A stretch of DNA of 64,000 bases, from contig CBDFJF010000002.1 in NCBI GenBank assembly GCA_965248265.1, positions 3,424,001 through 3,488,000 of the forward strand, written 5' to 3'. Under the pieces are notes generated by a model. That model was not told the DNA's origin. It saw only the letters and a program-made list of their open reading frames with translations, and did no database searches. The DNA is from Candidatus Latescibacterota bacterium. Its GTDB lineage: Bacteria > Latescibacterota > UBA2968 > UBA8231. Shown one piece after another: positions 25,926 to 34,775 of the stretch (within the stretch, counting starts at the first letter, position 1; every line of letters begins with the position of its first letter). Both the position numbers and the translations under genes were made by a program.

Positions 25926-26846
25926 GTGACACTTGCAACAGCAATGGAGATGCTGCTCAAGCGTGTCGGCCTGGACGAGACGAACACCACGTTCAAAAAT
26001 CAGGCCCGGCTGTATCTCAATATTGCAGCCAAAGAGCTGGGTGGGCTGGCCGATTGGTGGTGGCAGTACAAGCAGAGTTCTATCGTTACCACCAGCACGC
26101 TCACCGTATCGTCTGTTTCGGGCACGTTCGTGGCCGCCGAGACGATCACGGGCGGCACCTCTTCCCGCACTGCAACGATAGGGGCGCTCTACGACGCCAC
26201 CAATGCCCCTACCGCGCTGTTTTATCGGTCGCCTTCCAATACCACTGACTTCACCAGCGGCGAAACCATCACGGGCGGTACTTCTGGAGCTACCGCTACG
26301 GCTGGGGCTGATGTCATTACCCGCCAGTACCAGCTCGCCTCTGATGTGCTCATGCCCTACAGCTGGCGCGATGAGACGAATAACCGTCGCCTCCTCATTG
26401 CCTCGTGGGACGAGATGGACCGGGCCGACCCCGACCAGGATCAAGAGGGGGACGCTCGCTGGATAGTACCCGAAGGCATCGACAGCGCCACGGGCTACCA
26501 GATTGTGGCCGTCTTTCCGCTGCACTCCACCAGCAACGAAACCTTCCGCTACCGCTACTACAGCTACATCCCCGATTGGACCTCCGGTAACGACGCCACC
26601 TCGCTGGATGGCTGGATCCCCCAGCTGCTGCAGCCAGCGCTGATCTACGCCGGGGCGGCGCTCTATAAGCAAGAGAAGGGCGACGACGAGGGCGCAGAAC
26701 AAGAGCGCATCGAGTACGACCGGCAGGTAGACCGTGGACTCAAGGTTAACTCGCAGATGTTCGGGAACCGCAGGCGGGCGCGTTCAGACGGCGCTGTTGC
26801 ACCGGGCTTTCGGTTCTACGTCCAGGAAGGGTCGTTGAGCGCGTAA
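25926..26846 (+). CDS. Head-tail adaptor or tail tubular protein A-like
   Basis: Position and helical termini (LIYAGAALY); contains two F..xETITGGTS.ATAT repeats. Confidence 0.6.
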   Translation: MTLATAMEMLLKRVGLDETNTTFKNQARLYLNIAAKELGGLADWWWQYKQSSIVTTSTLTVSSVSGTFVAAETITGGTSSRTATIGALYDATNAPTALFYRSPSNTTDFTSGETITGGTSGATATAGADVITRQYQLASDVLMPYSWRDETNNRRLLIASWDEMDRADPDQDQEGDARWIVPEGIDSATGYQIVAVFPLHSTSNETFRYRYYSYIPDWTSGNDATSLDGWIPQLLQPALIYAGAALYKQEKGDDEGAEQERIEYDRQVDRGLKVNSQMFGNRRRARSDGAVAPGFRFYVQEGSLSA

Positions 26847-28375
26847 TGCCTATCGACGGCGACTCAATCATTCATGGTCCGTGGACGGGTGGTGCCATCT
26901 ACAACCTGCCCCCAGAAAACCTGGAGGAGGACCAGTGCACGGACACCATCAACGTGCGCATCGGGCAGGCAGGTGAGGCCGAGAAGCGACGCGGCTCGCT
27001 CAATTACAAGTCGGTGCGCCAGAACATCGCCGCCGACCCCAACGTGATGGCGTGCGGGCAGTACCGGGAATCAGCGACATCCACCCCAGTGTTCAAGTCG
27101 GTAGCCGCCGTGTTTTACGAGTACACGGGTGGCTCCTGGGTTGACCGCACCGGGGGCCAGACGATTACAGCGGACAAGACGTTTGAGTGGGCGGGGGCTA
27201 ACGGCACGCTGGCGCTGACCAACGGCACGGACGCTCCGCTGAAGTGGACGGGCGCGGGCAATAATCTCGCATTGCTCGATGTGGACTCTCAGTTCACGAC
27301 GGCATTGCACGTCGCCTATTGGGACAACCGGTTGTGGATGGCCAATACCAACGCCAACACCGACCGGCTGTGGCACTCCGATTTGGGCGCTATCGAAACC
27401 TGGGCGGCGACCAGTTTCTACAACCTGGGCTCTGAAGTTATCGGGCTCATGCCGGTGTCGGACTCGTTGGCCATTCACACGGTGGACGGGATTCACACGC
27501 TGACACCCACGGGCAATAGCACCATCCCGTACCAGCGCCAGCAGCAGACCCAGCAGGCCAGCGTATCGGGGCGGGCCATCCTCACGGTTCCAGGGAACCG
27601 TCAGTTCTTTGTGCAGGACGAGGGGATTTACGAATGGGATGGCGACAAGGAGGTGACCAAGGCGTCGGTCGCGTTGGATGATGGCTACTGGGACAGTTTA
27701 AACGAGGCGCAGCTGGATAGCACGTTCGCGGTGTACTACCGCATTAACAACGAGCTGTGGTTCTGGCTGCCCTACGGCACGTCGCAGACCAACATGAACG
27801 ACATCATGGTCTACAACCTGGAGAAAGAGCGATGGCATGGGCCGTTTCGGGGCAACGCGTCAACGACCTACTACGAGCGAGCCTGCGCCGCCTTGATCGA
27901 CAGCAAACCACACGCTGGAGACTTCCTTGGCGAGGTGGTCGATCACGACCCGGTGGACACCTACACCGATGTGAACGACGCCACCACCAACGCCATTCAC
28001 GCGCAATTCACGACCAGCGCCAAGGCACCTGAAGGCGAGGCGAAGCGGCTCAAGTGGTTGTTCTCTCGTAGCTACTTCGACTCGGTGGGTGACTTCGATG
28101 TGACTCTGACGCAGCTGTCGTCGGGGCTGTCGGGTACCAGCGAAACGGTGGACATGGGGGCGTCGGGTTTCACGCTGGACAACGACAAACTGGACCTCAC
28201 GTCACTGGGCTCCATTCGCGTGCAAGCCAAGGACGCGGAGCTAAGTGGCTACGACCCTCACTCATCGGTCACGGTCACGCAGAACGTGTCTGCTGAGTTC
28301 TTCCGCTACCGGAAGATAGTCCAGGTGTACAAGGAAATCGGAATCAAACGTAAACGAGCAGCAGGAGTCAGTTGA
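26846..28375 (+). CDS. Tail nozzle or stabilisation protein (P22 gp10-like beta-propeller)
   Basis: Trp/Gly-rich beta repeats (YWDNRLW, LWHSD, VYNLEKERW); position after adaptor. Confidence 0.65.
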   Translation: MPIDGDSIIHGPWTGGAIYNLPPENLEEDQCTDTINVRIGQAGEAEKRRGSLNYKSVRQNIAADPNVMACGQYRESATSTPVFKSVAAVFYEYTGGSWVDRTGGQTITADKTFEWAGANGTLALTNGTDAPLKWTGAGNNLALLDVDSQFTTALHVAYWDNRLWMANTNANTDRLWHSDLGAIETWAATSFYNLGSEVIGLMPVSDSLAIHTVDGIHTLTPTGNSTIPYQRQQQTQQASVSGRAILTVPGNRQFFVQDEGIYEWDGDKEVTKASVALDDGYWDSLNEAQLDSTFAVYYRINNELWFWLPYGTSQTNMNDIMVYNLEKERWHGPFRGNASTTYYERACAALIDSKPHAGDFLGEVVDHDPVDTYTDVNDATTNAIHAQFTTSAKAPEGEAKRLKWLFSRSYFDSVGDFDVTLTQLSSGLSGTSETVDMGASGFTLDNDKLDLTSLGSIRVQAKDAELSGYDPHSSVTVTQNVSAEFFRYRKIVQVYKEIGIKRKRAAGVS

Positions 28376-28378
28376 GCT

Positions 28379-30961
28379 ATGAGTGAATACTACTTTCCAA
28401 CAGATAGAGAGCGCCCCCGTCCTCCCCCGCGACTGAGGGAGGACCAGAAAATAGATATGCCGGTGTGGGAGTTTTTGAAGCCAAGTCAATTCCAAAGCTT
28501 CGAGGACTTGCTGAAAAGAGCAGAGTCGTTCAGGCCCAGCGCTGGTTTGACGAGTGCGCTACAGGGTGCCCCAGCGGCAGGCAAGGCACTGCAGGGGTTC
28601 AGCAACTTCCGCTCGCCCTCTGGTTTTAACCAGTTCGTTGGACAGGTGGGTACTGCTGAAACTCAGATAGGCGGGTTTCCGCAAGGGCTCCAGACTGCCC
28701 TTGGAGACGCCAAGAGTTTGACGGGCGAGCTGAGAACAGCGAACGACCTGTTGGGTGGTGGTTCGTTCGGCGGCGAGCCCTTCGGTGGCATCATCGCTGA
28801 AGCGCAGGATCAGGTTAAGGGGGTGCAAGACGAGGTAAATAAGCTGAGAGTTGATCCCAATCAGCTGCTGGGACCGAACCTCGAAGCCGACCTACTGGCA
28901 GCCCTGCAGGGTCGCAACATGCCGACCATCGACCCCAACCGTTTTATTGACGAGCCGGGGTTGGATACGGCTATTCGGCAGCTGCGTCCTGAAACCATTG
29001 ACCCAAATCTGTTGCTCGATGAGACGGGACTTAACACTGCCGTGCGTGATCTTCGACCCGAAACGATTGACCCGAGCCGGTTGCTTGATGAGGGCGGGAT
29101 CAATACCGCGATTGGCAACCTCCTTCCTCAACAGATTGATCCCAGCCTGCTGCTTAATGAGGGTGGAATTGACGACGCTATCGCGGGCCTTCGTCCTCAG
29201 ACAATAAAATCAGACCTACTGCTGAACGAAGGTGGCATCAACGACGCTATCGCAGGGCTGCGCCCAACACAGCAAATCGACCCTGGCCTGCTACTTAATG
29301 AGGGCGACATCAACGCTGCCATTGGAAACCTGCTGCCTCAACAGATTAACCCCGACCTACTGCTTAATGAGGGTGGAATTGACGACGCTATTGGAAACCT
29401 GCGTCCTCGACGAATTGACGCTGGCCGCTTAATGCCGGGTGGTTTTGATCTGGCCAACGCGGTACGTGATCTCGACGTGCCTCAGGTAGAAGCCGGTCGC
29501 CTGCTCCCAGGCACAGGTGCGCTGGAGGATGAGCTGGCACGGACACCGATTGACCGGCTGTCGCCAAGCAGGATATTGCCTGAGTTGCCTGGGTTGAACG
29601 AAGCCATCCAGGCACTGGAAGTTGATCGCATAGGAGCTGGACGGCTACTTCCAGGTGAGGGTGAGCTGAGCGCAGAGCTGAGACGCACGCCCATCGAAAG
29701 GCTGGCGGCCAGTCGGGTGCTGCCTGAAAGGCTGAATGAGGCGTTGCGCACGGCTGTCTCACGGCTGAGTACGGACGAGGTGCTGCCCAGGGGTGATCTG
29801 AACGATGCACTCCAGGACCGCGTAGGGCGTCTCACGGAGGATCAAATCTTCCCCACTGGTGACTTGAATGCAGCTCTCGGCGGGCGTGTAGATAGGCTCA
29901 CGGCGGGTGACGTGCTACCTACGGGCGATTTAAACGCTGCACTGCGTGACCGGGTGGACCGACTCGGGGCAGGCGATGTGCTGCCCGAGGGGGATTTGGG
30001 TGGGGCTCTGCGTGATCGGGTAGGACGCCTTACCGAGGATGACATCTTTCCTGGCGGTGATTTAAACGCCTCGCTGCGCGACCGGGTGGGTGGTCTGACG
30101 GAGAGCGACATATTCCCAGATGACTTGCAGTCCATTCTGGAGGGCCGGGTCAACCCGCTGCAGGCAGATGACCTCATCCCACGGACTGGGGCGCTGGCCG
30201 ATGTGTTGCGTGACCGCCGTCCTGGCCTGCTCGACCTACTGGAGTTCCCTGAGTTTACCAACCTACTGGACGAGCGCTTGCCCGAGGGCAGTATCCCAGG
30301 TATTGAGGCGCAGCTGGCTGGGCTCGCAGAGCAGGGTGGAACGGGAGGTGGGGGAACTGGGACTGGAGGGACAGGCACGGGCACTACTGTGCCAGCCCCT
30401 GCGACGGGACTCGACGCCTTTCTTGAACAGTTGCAGGGAGTCGTTGGGAACCTGACCACTGGACCGGAGACATCCGACGAGCTGCGCCAAGACCCGCTCA
30501 CGGCGTCCCTGTTGGCTGATTTTGAGGATCAGAGCGGGCGTGATCGTTCACAGGCGATGGAGGACTTGCAGCGTCTGGGCGTGCTGGGCGACGGCGATAC
30601 CGCTGACGTGCTGGGTGAGCTGACAAGCGGCCAGCGTCGAGGTGAGTTCGACATCCTGGGCGATGCGGCTGAGCGCTTCCGCACCGACCGTAGCCAGGGC
30701 TTGGGTGCTGGCGTGGACTTGTTCGGCGCAGCTGGCCAGCGCGAGCTGGGCCTGGGTCAGCTGGGCCTGCAGGGACAGGAGATGGATATGGCCATCCTGT
30801 CGCAGGTGGCATCACTGCTCGACCCGAACCTCCACCTGGATGCCAAGGGAGGGAAGAACCTGGAACTGGCAAGTATCCTGCTTTCACTCTCAGGGCTGCC
30901 GCCTGACAAGCAAGCGCAGCTGCGCAAAGCATTGGGATTACCCCCCCAGTCAGGGAGCTAA
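28379..30961 (+). CDS. Large repeat-containing virion (probable ejection) protein
   Basis: 860 aa with ~23-aa and ~22-aa tandem repeats. Confidence 0.7.
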   Translation: MSEYYFPTDRERPRPPPRLREDQKIDMPVWEFLKPSQFQSFEDLLKRAESFRPSAGLTSALQGAPAAGKALQGFSNFRSPSGFNQFVGQVGTAETQIGGFPQGLQTALGDAKSLTGELRTANDLLGGGSFGGEPFGGIIAEAQDQVKGVQDEVNKLRVDPNQLLGPNLEADLLAALQGRNMPTIDPNRFIDEPGLDTAIRQLRPETIDPNLLLDETGLNTAVRDLRPETIDPSRLLDEGGINTAIGNLLPQQIDPSLLLNEGGIDDAIAGLRPQTIKSDLLLNEGGINDAIAGLRPTQQIDPGLLLNEGDINAAIGNLLPQQINPDLLLNEGGIDDAIGNLRPRRIDAGRLMPGGFDLANAVRDLDVPQVEAGRLLPGTGALEDELARTPIDRLSPSRILPELPGLNEAIQALEVDRIGAGRLLPGEGELSAELRRTPIERLAASRVLPERLNEALRTAVSRLSTDEVLPRGDLNDALQDRVGRLTEDQIFPTGDLNAALGGRVDRLTAGDVLPTGDLNAALRDRVDRLGAGDVLPEGDLGGALRDRVGRLTEDDIFPGGDLNASLRDRVGGLTESDIFPDDLQSILEGRVNPLQADDLIPRTGALADVLRDRRPGLLDLLEFPEFTNLLDERLPEGSIPGIEAQLAGLAEQGGTGGGGTGTGGTGTGTTVPAPATGLDAFLEQLQGVVGNLTTGPETSDELRQDPLTASLLADFEDQSGRDRSQAMEDLQRLGVLGDGDTADVLGELTSGQRRGEFDILGDAAERFRTDRSQGLGAGVDLFGAAGQRELGLGQLGLQGQEMDMAILSQVASLLDPNLHLDAKGGKNLELASILLSLSGLPPDKQAQLRKALGLPPQSGS
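28850..30190 (+). repeat. Degenerate coding tandem repeats (~69 bp, then ~66 bp units)
   Basis: IDP.LLL.EGGI..AI..L.P.. about 8 copies; RL...D..P.GDLN.AL.DRV. about 6 copies. Confidence 0.85.
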
Positions 30962-30964
30962 GTC

Positions 30965-31306
30965 ATGCCTGAACCTGTCACGACAATGATTGCCACGCAG
31001 ATGGCGCTCAAGGCATTGGGTTCCATCCTGGGTGGCCGTGATGCCAAGAAGGCCCGCAAGCGGGCAGCTGAAGCCCAGGCGCACGCCAACCTCGTGCCCA
31101 ATGGCGGACAGCGGATAGTACCGGAGCTACCGCAGCCAAACTTTGCCCAGGTGCTGGGCAGCGGACTGGACCCGCTGATGGCTCTGCTGTTGCAGCGCAG
31201 CGGGGGGAACGCCCTGCCTGCGGATAAAGCGAAGGCCCCCGTTACGGCACCCAGCACAGCAGGAAGCAACCCCTTGCAGGACTTGATGAGGATACTGCGA
31301 CGATGA
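30965..31306 (+). CDS. Small virion (ejection/pilot-like) protein
   Basis: Gly/Ala-rich N-terminus then KKARKRAAEAQ. Confidence 0.55.
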   Translation: MPEPVTTMIATQMALKALGSILGGRDAKKARKRAAEAQAHANLVPNGGQRIVPELPQPNFAQVLGSGLDPLMALLLQRSGGNALPADKAKAPVTAPSTAGSNPLQDLMRILRR

Positions 31307-32694
31307 CACTGGCAGCGACACAGGTAGACCCGGCAGTCCGGGCACAGCTGGAGCAGCAAGCTGGCCGTCCGCTGTCGGACGAGGAGATACAGCAGCTACT
31401 CAACGAGCTGACCACGCCACAGATCAGTGCGTCCACCTCGTCGGCAGCCACGGCCACGGCACCCGCAGCGCAGGAGGAGAGTGGCGGCCTGATGTCCAAG
31501 GTGGGTGGGCTGTTTAAACGGGATGACGGCCTGGGGTTCCGGTTGCTGCAGTCGCTGGGCAATGTCGGCTCTGGTATCTCGCGGAGCCGTGCCATCAGCA
31601 ACGCCAACAAAGCCAACGCTGAGTCGGGCGCTCATGCCAACCTCGTCAACGCCCTGGCTCGACGCCGGGTGGCTTCGGGTACGCGCACCCAACCGACGCT
31701 GGGCCTGATGGGGCAGCTCTCAGGGGCCGTGGGCGAAGTGGGACAGGCTGGGCTGGATATTCAACAGCTGGGCAGAAAGGAGGAGCAGCGGGGGATTGAC
31801 AACGCGCAGGCCGAGCGTAGAACGCGGGCCACCGAGTTGAGCGCACAAAGCAGCCTCCTGCGTTCACTCGGGAAGTCCCCGACTGTAAAGACGCTGACGA
31901 AAGAGCAGCGCGATTCTATCGTGCGCCTCATCAAAGGGGGCACGGACCTGGACTTGAGCGTGTTTACCAAAGCAGACCAGCTGGCCATTCGTGGTCTCGT
32001 TGACCACCCGGAGCCGCAGGAGTTTGAGTTTACGGAGGGGAACGAGAAGGAGCTACACAGCATCGGCTACCGCAATTCCAAGGCGGACGCCAAGGAGTTG
32101 ATGCCTGACTGGGTGCCCGAAGCCCACAGGCAATCGGCTATTGGGATGATCGTGGCGGGGCAGGATGATTTCGAGGTAGAGGACGAGGACGAGTTGGACC
32201 CGGACCCCGCCGCCGCGCAGTCGGCGTTCCTCCTGGATGAGCTTGAAAAGACATGGGACGAAGCGTCGTTCACCGGGCTCGGTAAGAGCGCAGCTGATGC
32301 TGTGGGGCTGGACTTCGATGAGGGCGGCTTTACCCGACGACTCGCCCCTGCTTCGGCAGACCTGAATGACCAGCTGGAGACAATGGGGCTGGCGCTGGCC
32401 AAGGAGCTACAGGGTGCACGTGCCTCCGACCTCGACCTCAAGACAGCGAAAAAGGCACTGCCGAGACAGACCGACAGCGACGAGCTGGCGAAGCGCAAGT
32501 TTAAACGGCTGCGCGAGGCAGCGAGGGTCAAGCGGGAGGAGATGGAACAGGGTATCGACCAGCCTTTAATCATCGGCACTCGGGCGGGCGTTGCTGTTCT
32601 GCGCACGGACAAAGACTTGACGGTGGACGATACACGCGAATCCGAAACAGAGGATACGGGCAGTACTAACTTCGATGCGGTTAAGGTTGAGTGA
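31303..32694 (+). CDS. Probable internal virion/ejection protein
   Basis: Helical 463-aa ORF in podovirus ejection-gene position. Confidence 0.6.
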   Translation: MTLAATQVDPAVRAQLEQQAGRPLSDEEIQQLLNELTTPQISASTSSAATATAPAAQEESGGLMSKVGGLFKRDDGLGFRLLQSLGNVGSGISRSRAISNANKANAESGAHANLVNALARRRVASGTRTQPTLGLMGQLSGAVGEVGQAGLDIQQLGRKEEQRGIDNAQAERRTRATELSAQSSLLRSLGKSPTVKTLTKEQRDSIVRLIKGGTDLDLSVFTKADQLAIRGLVDHPEPQEFEFTEGNEKELHSIGYRNSKADAKELMPDWVPEAHRQSAIGMIVAGQDDFEVEDEDELDPDPAAAQSAFLLDELEKTWDEASFTGLGKSAADAVGLDFDEGGFTRRLAPASADLNDQLETMGLALAKELQGARASDLDLKTAKKALPRQTDSDELAKRKFKRLREAARVKREEMEQGIDQPLIIGTRAGVAVLRTDKDLTVDDTRESETEDTGSTNFDAVKVE

Positions 32695-34763
32695 TGGCTA
32701 AGATATACCGCTCACTGGAAGAACTTGGACGCGCCGTGATCGCTGCCCGTCCTGACCTGGAAGGCAGAAACCCTGAAGAGGTTGGGCGTCAGGTGGAGCC
32801 ACAGCTAACAGGGGGCGACCGTGTGGTGGATGAGTTCGGTGACATCGACATCGGCAATACGGTCGGCAACTTCCCCAGCGATTTTACAGACACCGCAGGG
32901 GAAAGCTTCGAGGGGATGAAGGAGGTAGTCGGAAGCCCTATCGAAAAGGGCGTTAAGCCATTCGCCTCACTCGCTCTTGGTGGCGTGTCGGAGTTGGGCA
33001 GGGAGTTTGAAAAGCCGGGGCTGCTTAACACACTCCTGAGCAATCCGAATATGCCGGTGGCACCCCTGATAACCATGCTGGGGAAGGGGCTTGATAAAAT
33101 AGATACCAGTGCCAGTCCGTTCGGTGGCCAACAAACCAGACCCCTGGTGACCGACGAGGACCGCACGCTCGCTCGCACGGCAGCGGCGGATTTCAAAGAG
33201 TCATTCCACCCCGCCAATCTTGAACAGCGTCCAGCCAACGCTCTGGCCAACGCCACGTCGGTGCTGCCGGTCGGGCCAGGGCACATCCAGCGCTTTGGCC
33301 TGTTGAATAAACTGGGTCGCACGGGTAGGGCTGCGTCAAAAGTCGCCAGCGTAGCCTCTCCTGACCTTGCCGTCGAGCAGGCCATCACGCTCTTGCCGCA
33401 GCTGGTGAAAGGCGCAGCCAAGCGAACCCCTGCGGCACTGCGCAAGGTCGCAGGCAACGAGAAGGTGCAGGCCGCACTACGACCGGTCAAGGAGTTCGGC
33501 GATAATCTGAAGGTCGGCGGTCGGAGCTTGAAGGGGGAAGCGGTGCAGTCGGGGCTGGGCATCACGACGGGTCGCTCGCGTGAGTTCATTCACCAGATTT
33601 TCGAGCGGGCCAAGAGCCCTCAGTTCCGTGAGTTCTTTCGCACCGCTCGTAGGATGAGCGAGTCCGACTTGACCCAGAGGTTGCAGGCGCAGGCGTTCAA
33701 GGGGATGGAGAAGCTGCAACAAAAAGCGTCTGACATGTACGAAAAGGGCACTCTCCAATTTTTTGGCAATAAAGGGCGTAATGCGCTCAGGTTACCCGGT
33801 GAGGGGCTACACGACAGCATTATCAACTCGCTGGATAAGGTAGATGTGAAGATCAACCCGAGGACGGGTCGGCTGACCTTTGGCAAATCGGCCATCACAG
33901 CGCTTGGCCCGGCTCGTGGGGTACTACAGCAGGAGCTACGACCCATCCTGCGCCTGCTCAAGGTTAAACAGGGCACGCCAGCGCACATGATTCACCGCCG
34001 CCGTCAGCTGCTTGATGATGCCATCTCAACGCTGTCGCCCGATTCGCAGATCAGCGACACCGCACGCGGGGTGCTCACAGAGATTCGCAAGGGCGTGGCC
34101 GACTACCTTGAAAAGGGACTTGGGGACGAATACGTCACTGCGATGAGGGACTATCGTACGCTGGCCAATCTGCGTACGGAGCTTAACAACAACCTGCGGC
34201 TCGCACCAGGACAGCTGGACAAGCACGGTAACATTGCGGGCAACACACAGGAGCAAGCGCTGCGTGCAATGGAAGGCGCGATTATGCAGTCAGGCACTGG
34301 CTCGAATCGCTTGAAGGCACTGGAACAGCTGGAGCAGGTGAGTGGAGTTAAGGGGATTGTAGACCTGCAGCTGGCTCGATTGGCGCAAAATATCGCAGGT
34401 GGCGGACTCATCGTTCGCAACGAAATTGCGCAAATCGGGCGCTTGGTCTTTGGCGCAGCGTTCACTGGTGGCACGGGGGGCATCAGCGGTGGCCTACTGG
34501 CGTTGCCAGCTGCCACTCTGTTCAGCCCACGATTTGTGTCGGAGTACCTGCTAATTGCGCAGGGTGGAGTGCGGGAGAGTGTCGCGAGGATGTCAGCCGC
34601 GACGAAGGCCAGCCTGCAGCGCAAGGCCAAGCGGGTGTCACGTGCCATGGCGGCGATGGATAAGGCCACTGGCGGCGAGCTGCGCCAGCGTGCTCTACGG
34701 GAGAACTGGAACGTGTCGCAGATGCTGGAACGGTTTGAGATACAGGAGGAGGACGGGGAGTAG
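32691..34763 (+). CDS. Probable internal virion/ejection protein
   Basis: 690 aa, C-terminal Gly-rich hydrophobic segment (LFSPRFV). Confidence 0.6.
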   Translation: MMAKIYRSLEELGRAVIAARPDLEGRNPEEVGRQVEPQLTGGDRVVDEFGDIDIGNTVGNFPSDFTDTAGESFEGMKEVVGSPIEKGVKPFASLALGGVSELGREFEKPGLLNTLLSNPNMPVAPLITMLGKGLDKIDTSASPFGGQQTRPLVTDEDRTLARTAAADFKESFHPANLEQRPANALANATSVLPVGPGHIQRFGLLNKLGRTGRAASKVASVASPDLAVEQAITLLPQLVKGAAKRTPAALRKVAGNEKVQAALRPVKEFGDNLKVGGRSLKGEAVQSGLGITTGRSREFIHQIFERAKSPQFREFFRTARRMSESDLTQRLQAQAFKGMEKLQQKASDMYEKGTLQFFGNKGRNALRLPGEGLHDSIINSLDKVDVKINPRTGRLTFGKSAITALGPARGVLQQELRPILRLLKVKQGTPAHMIHRRRQLLDDAISTLSPDSQISDTARGVLTEIRKGVADYLEKGLGDEYVTAMRDYRTLANLRTELNNNLRLAPGQLDKHGNIAGNTQEQALRAMEGAIMQSGTGSNRLKALEQLEQVSGVKGIVDLQLARLAQNIAGGGLIVRNEIAQIGRLVFGAAFTGGTGGISGGLLALPAATLFSPRFVSEYLLIAQGGVRESVARMSAATKASLQRKAKRVSRAMAAMDKATGGELRQRALRENWNVSQMLERFEIQEEDGE

Positions 34764-34775
34764 GACTACTATGGA

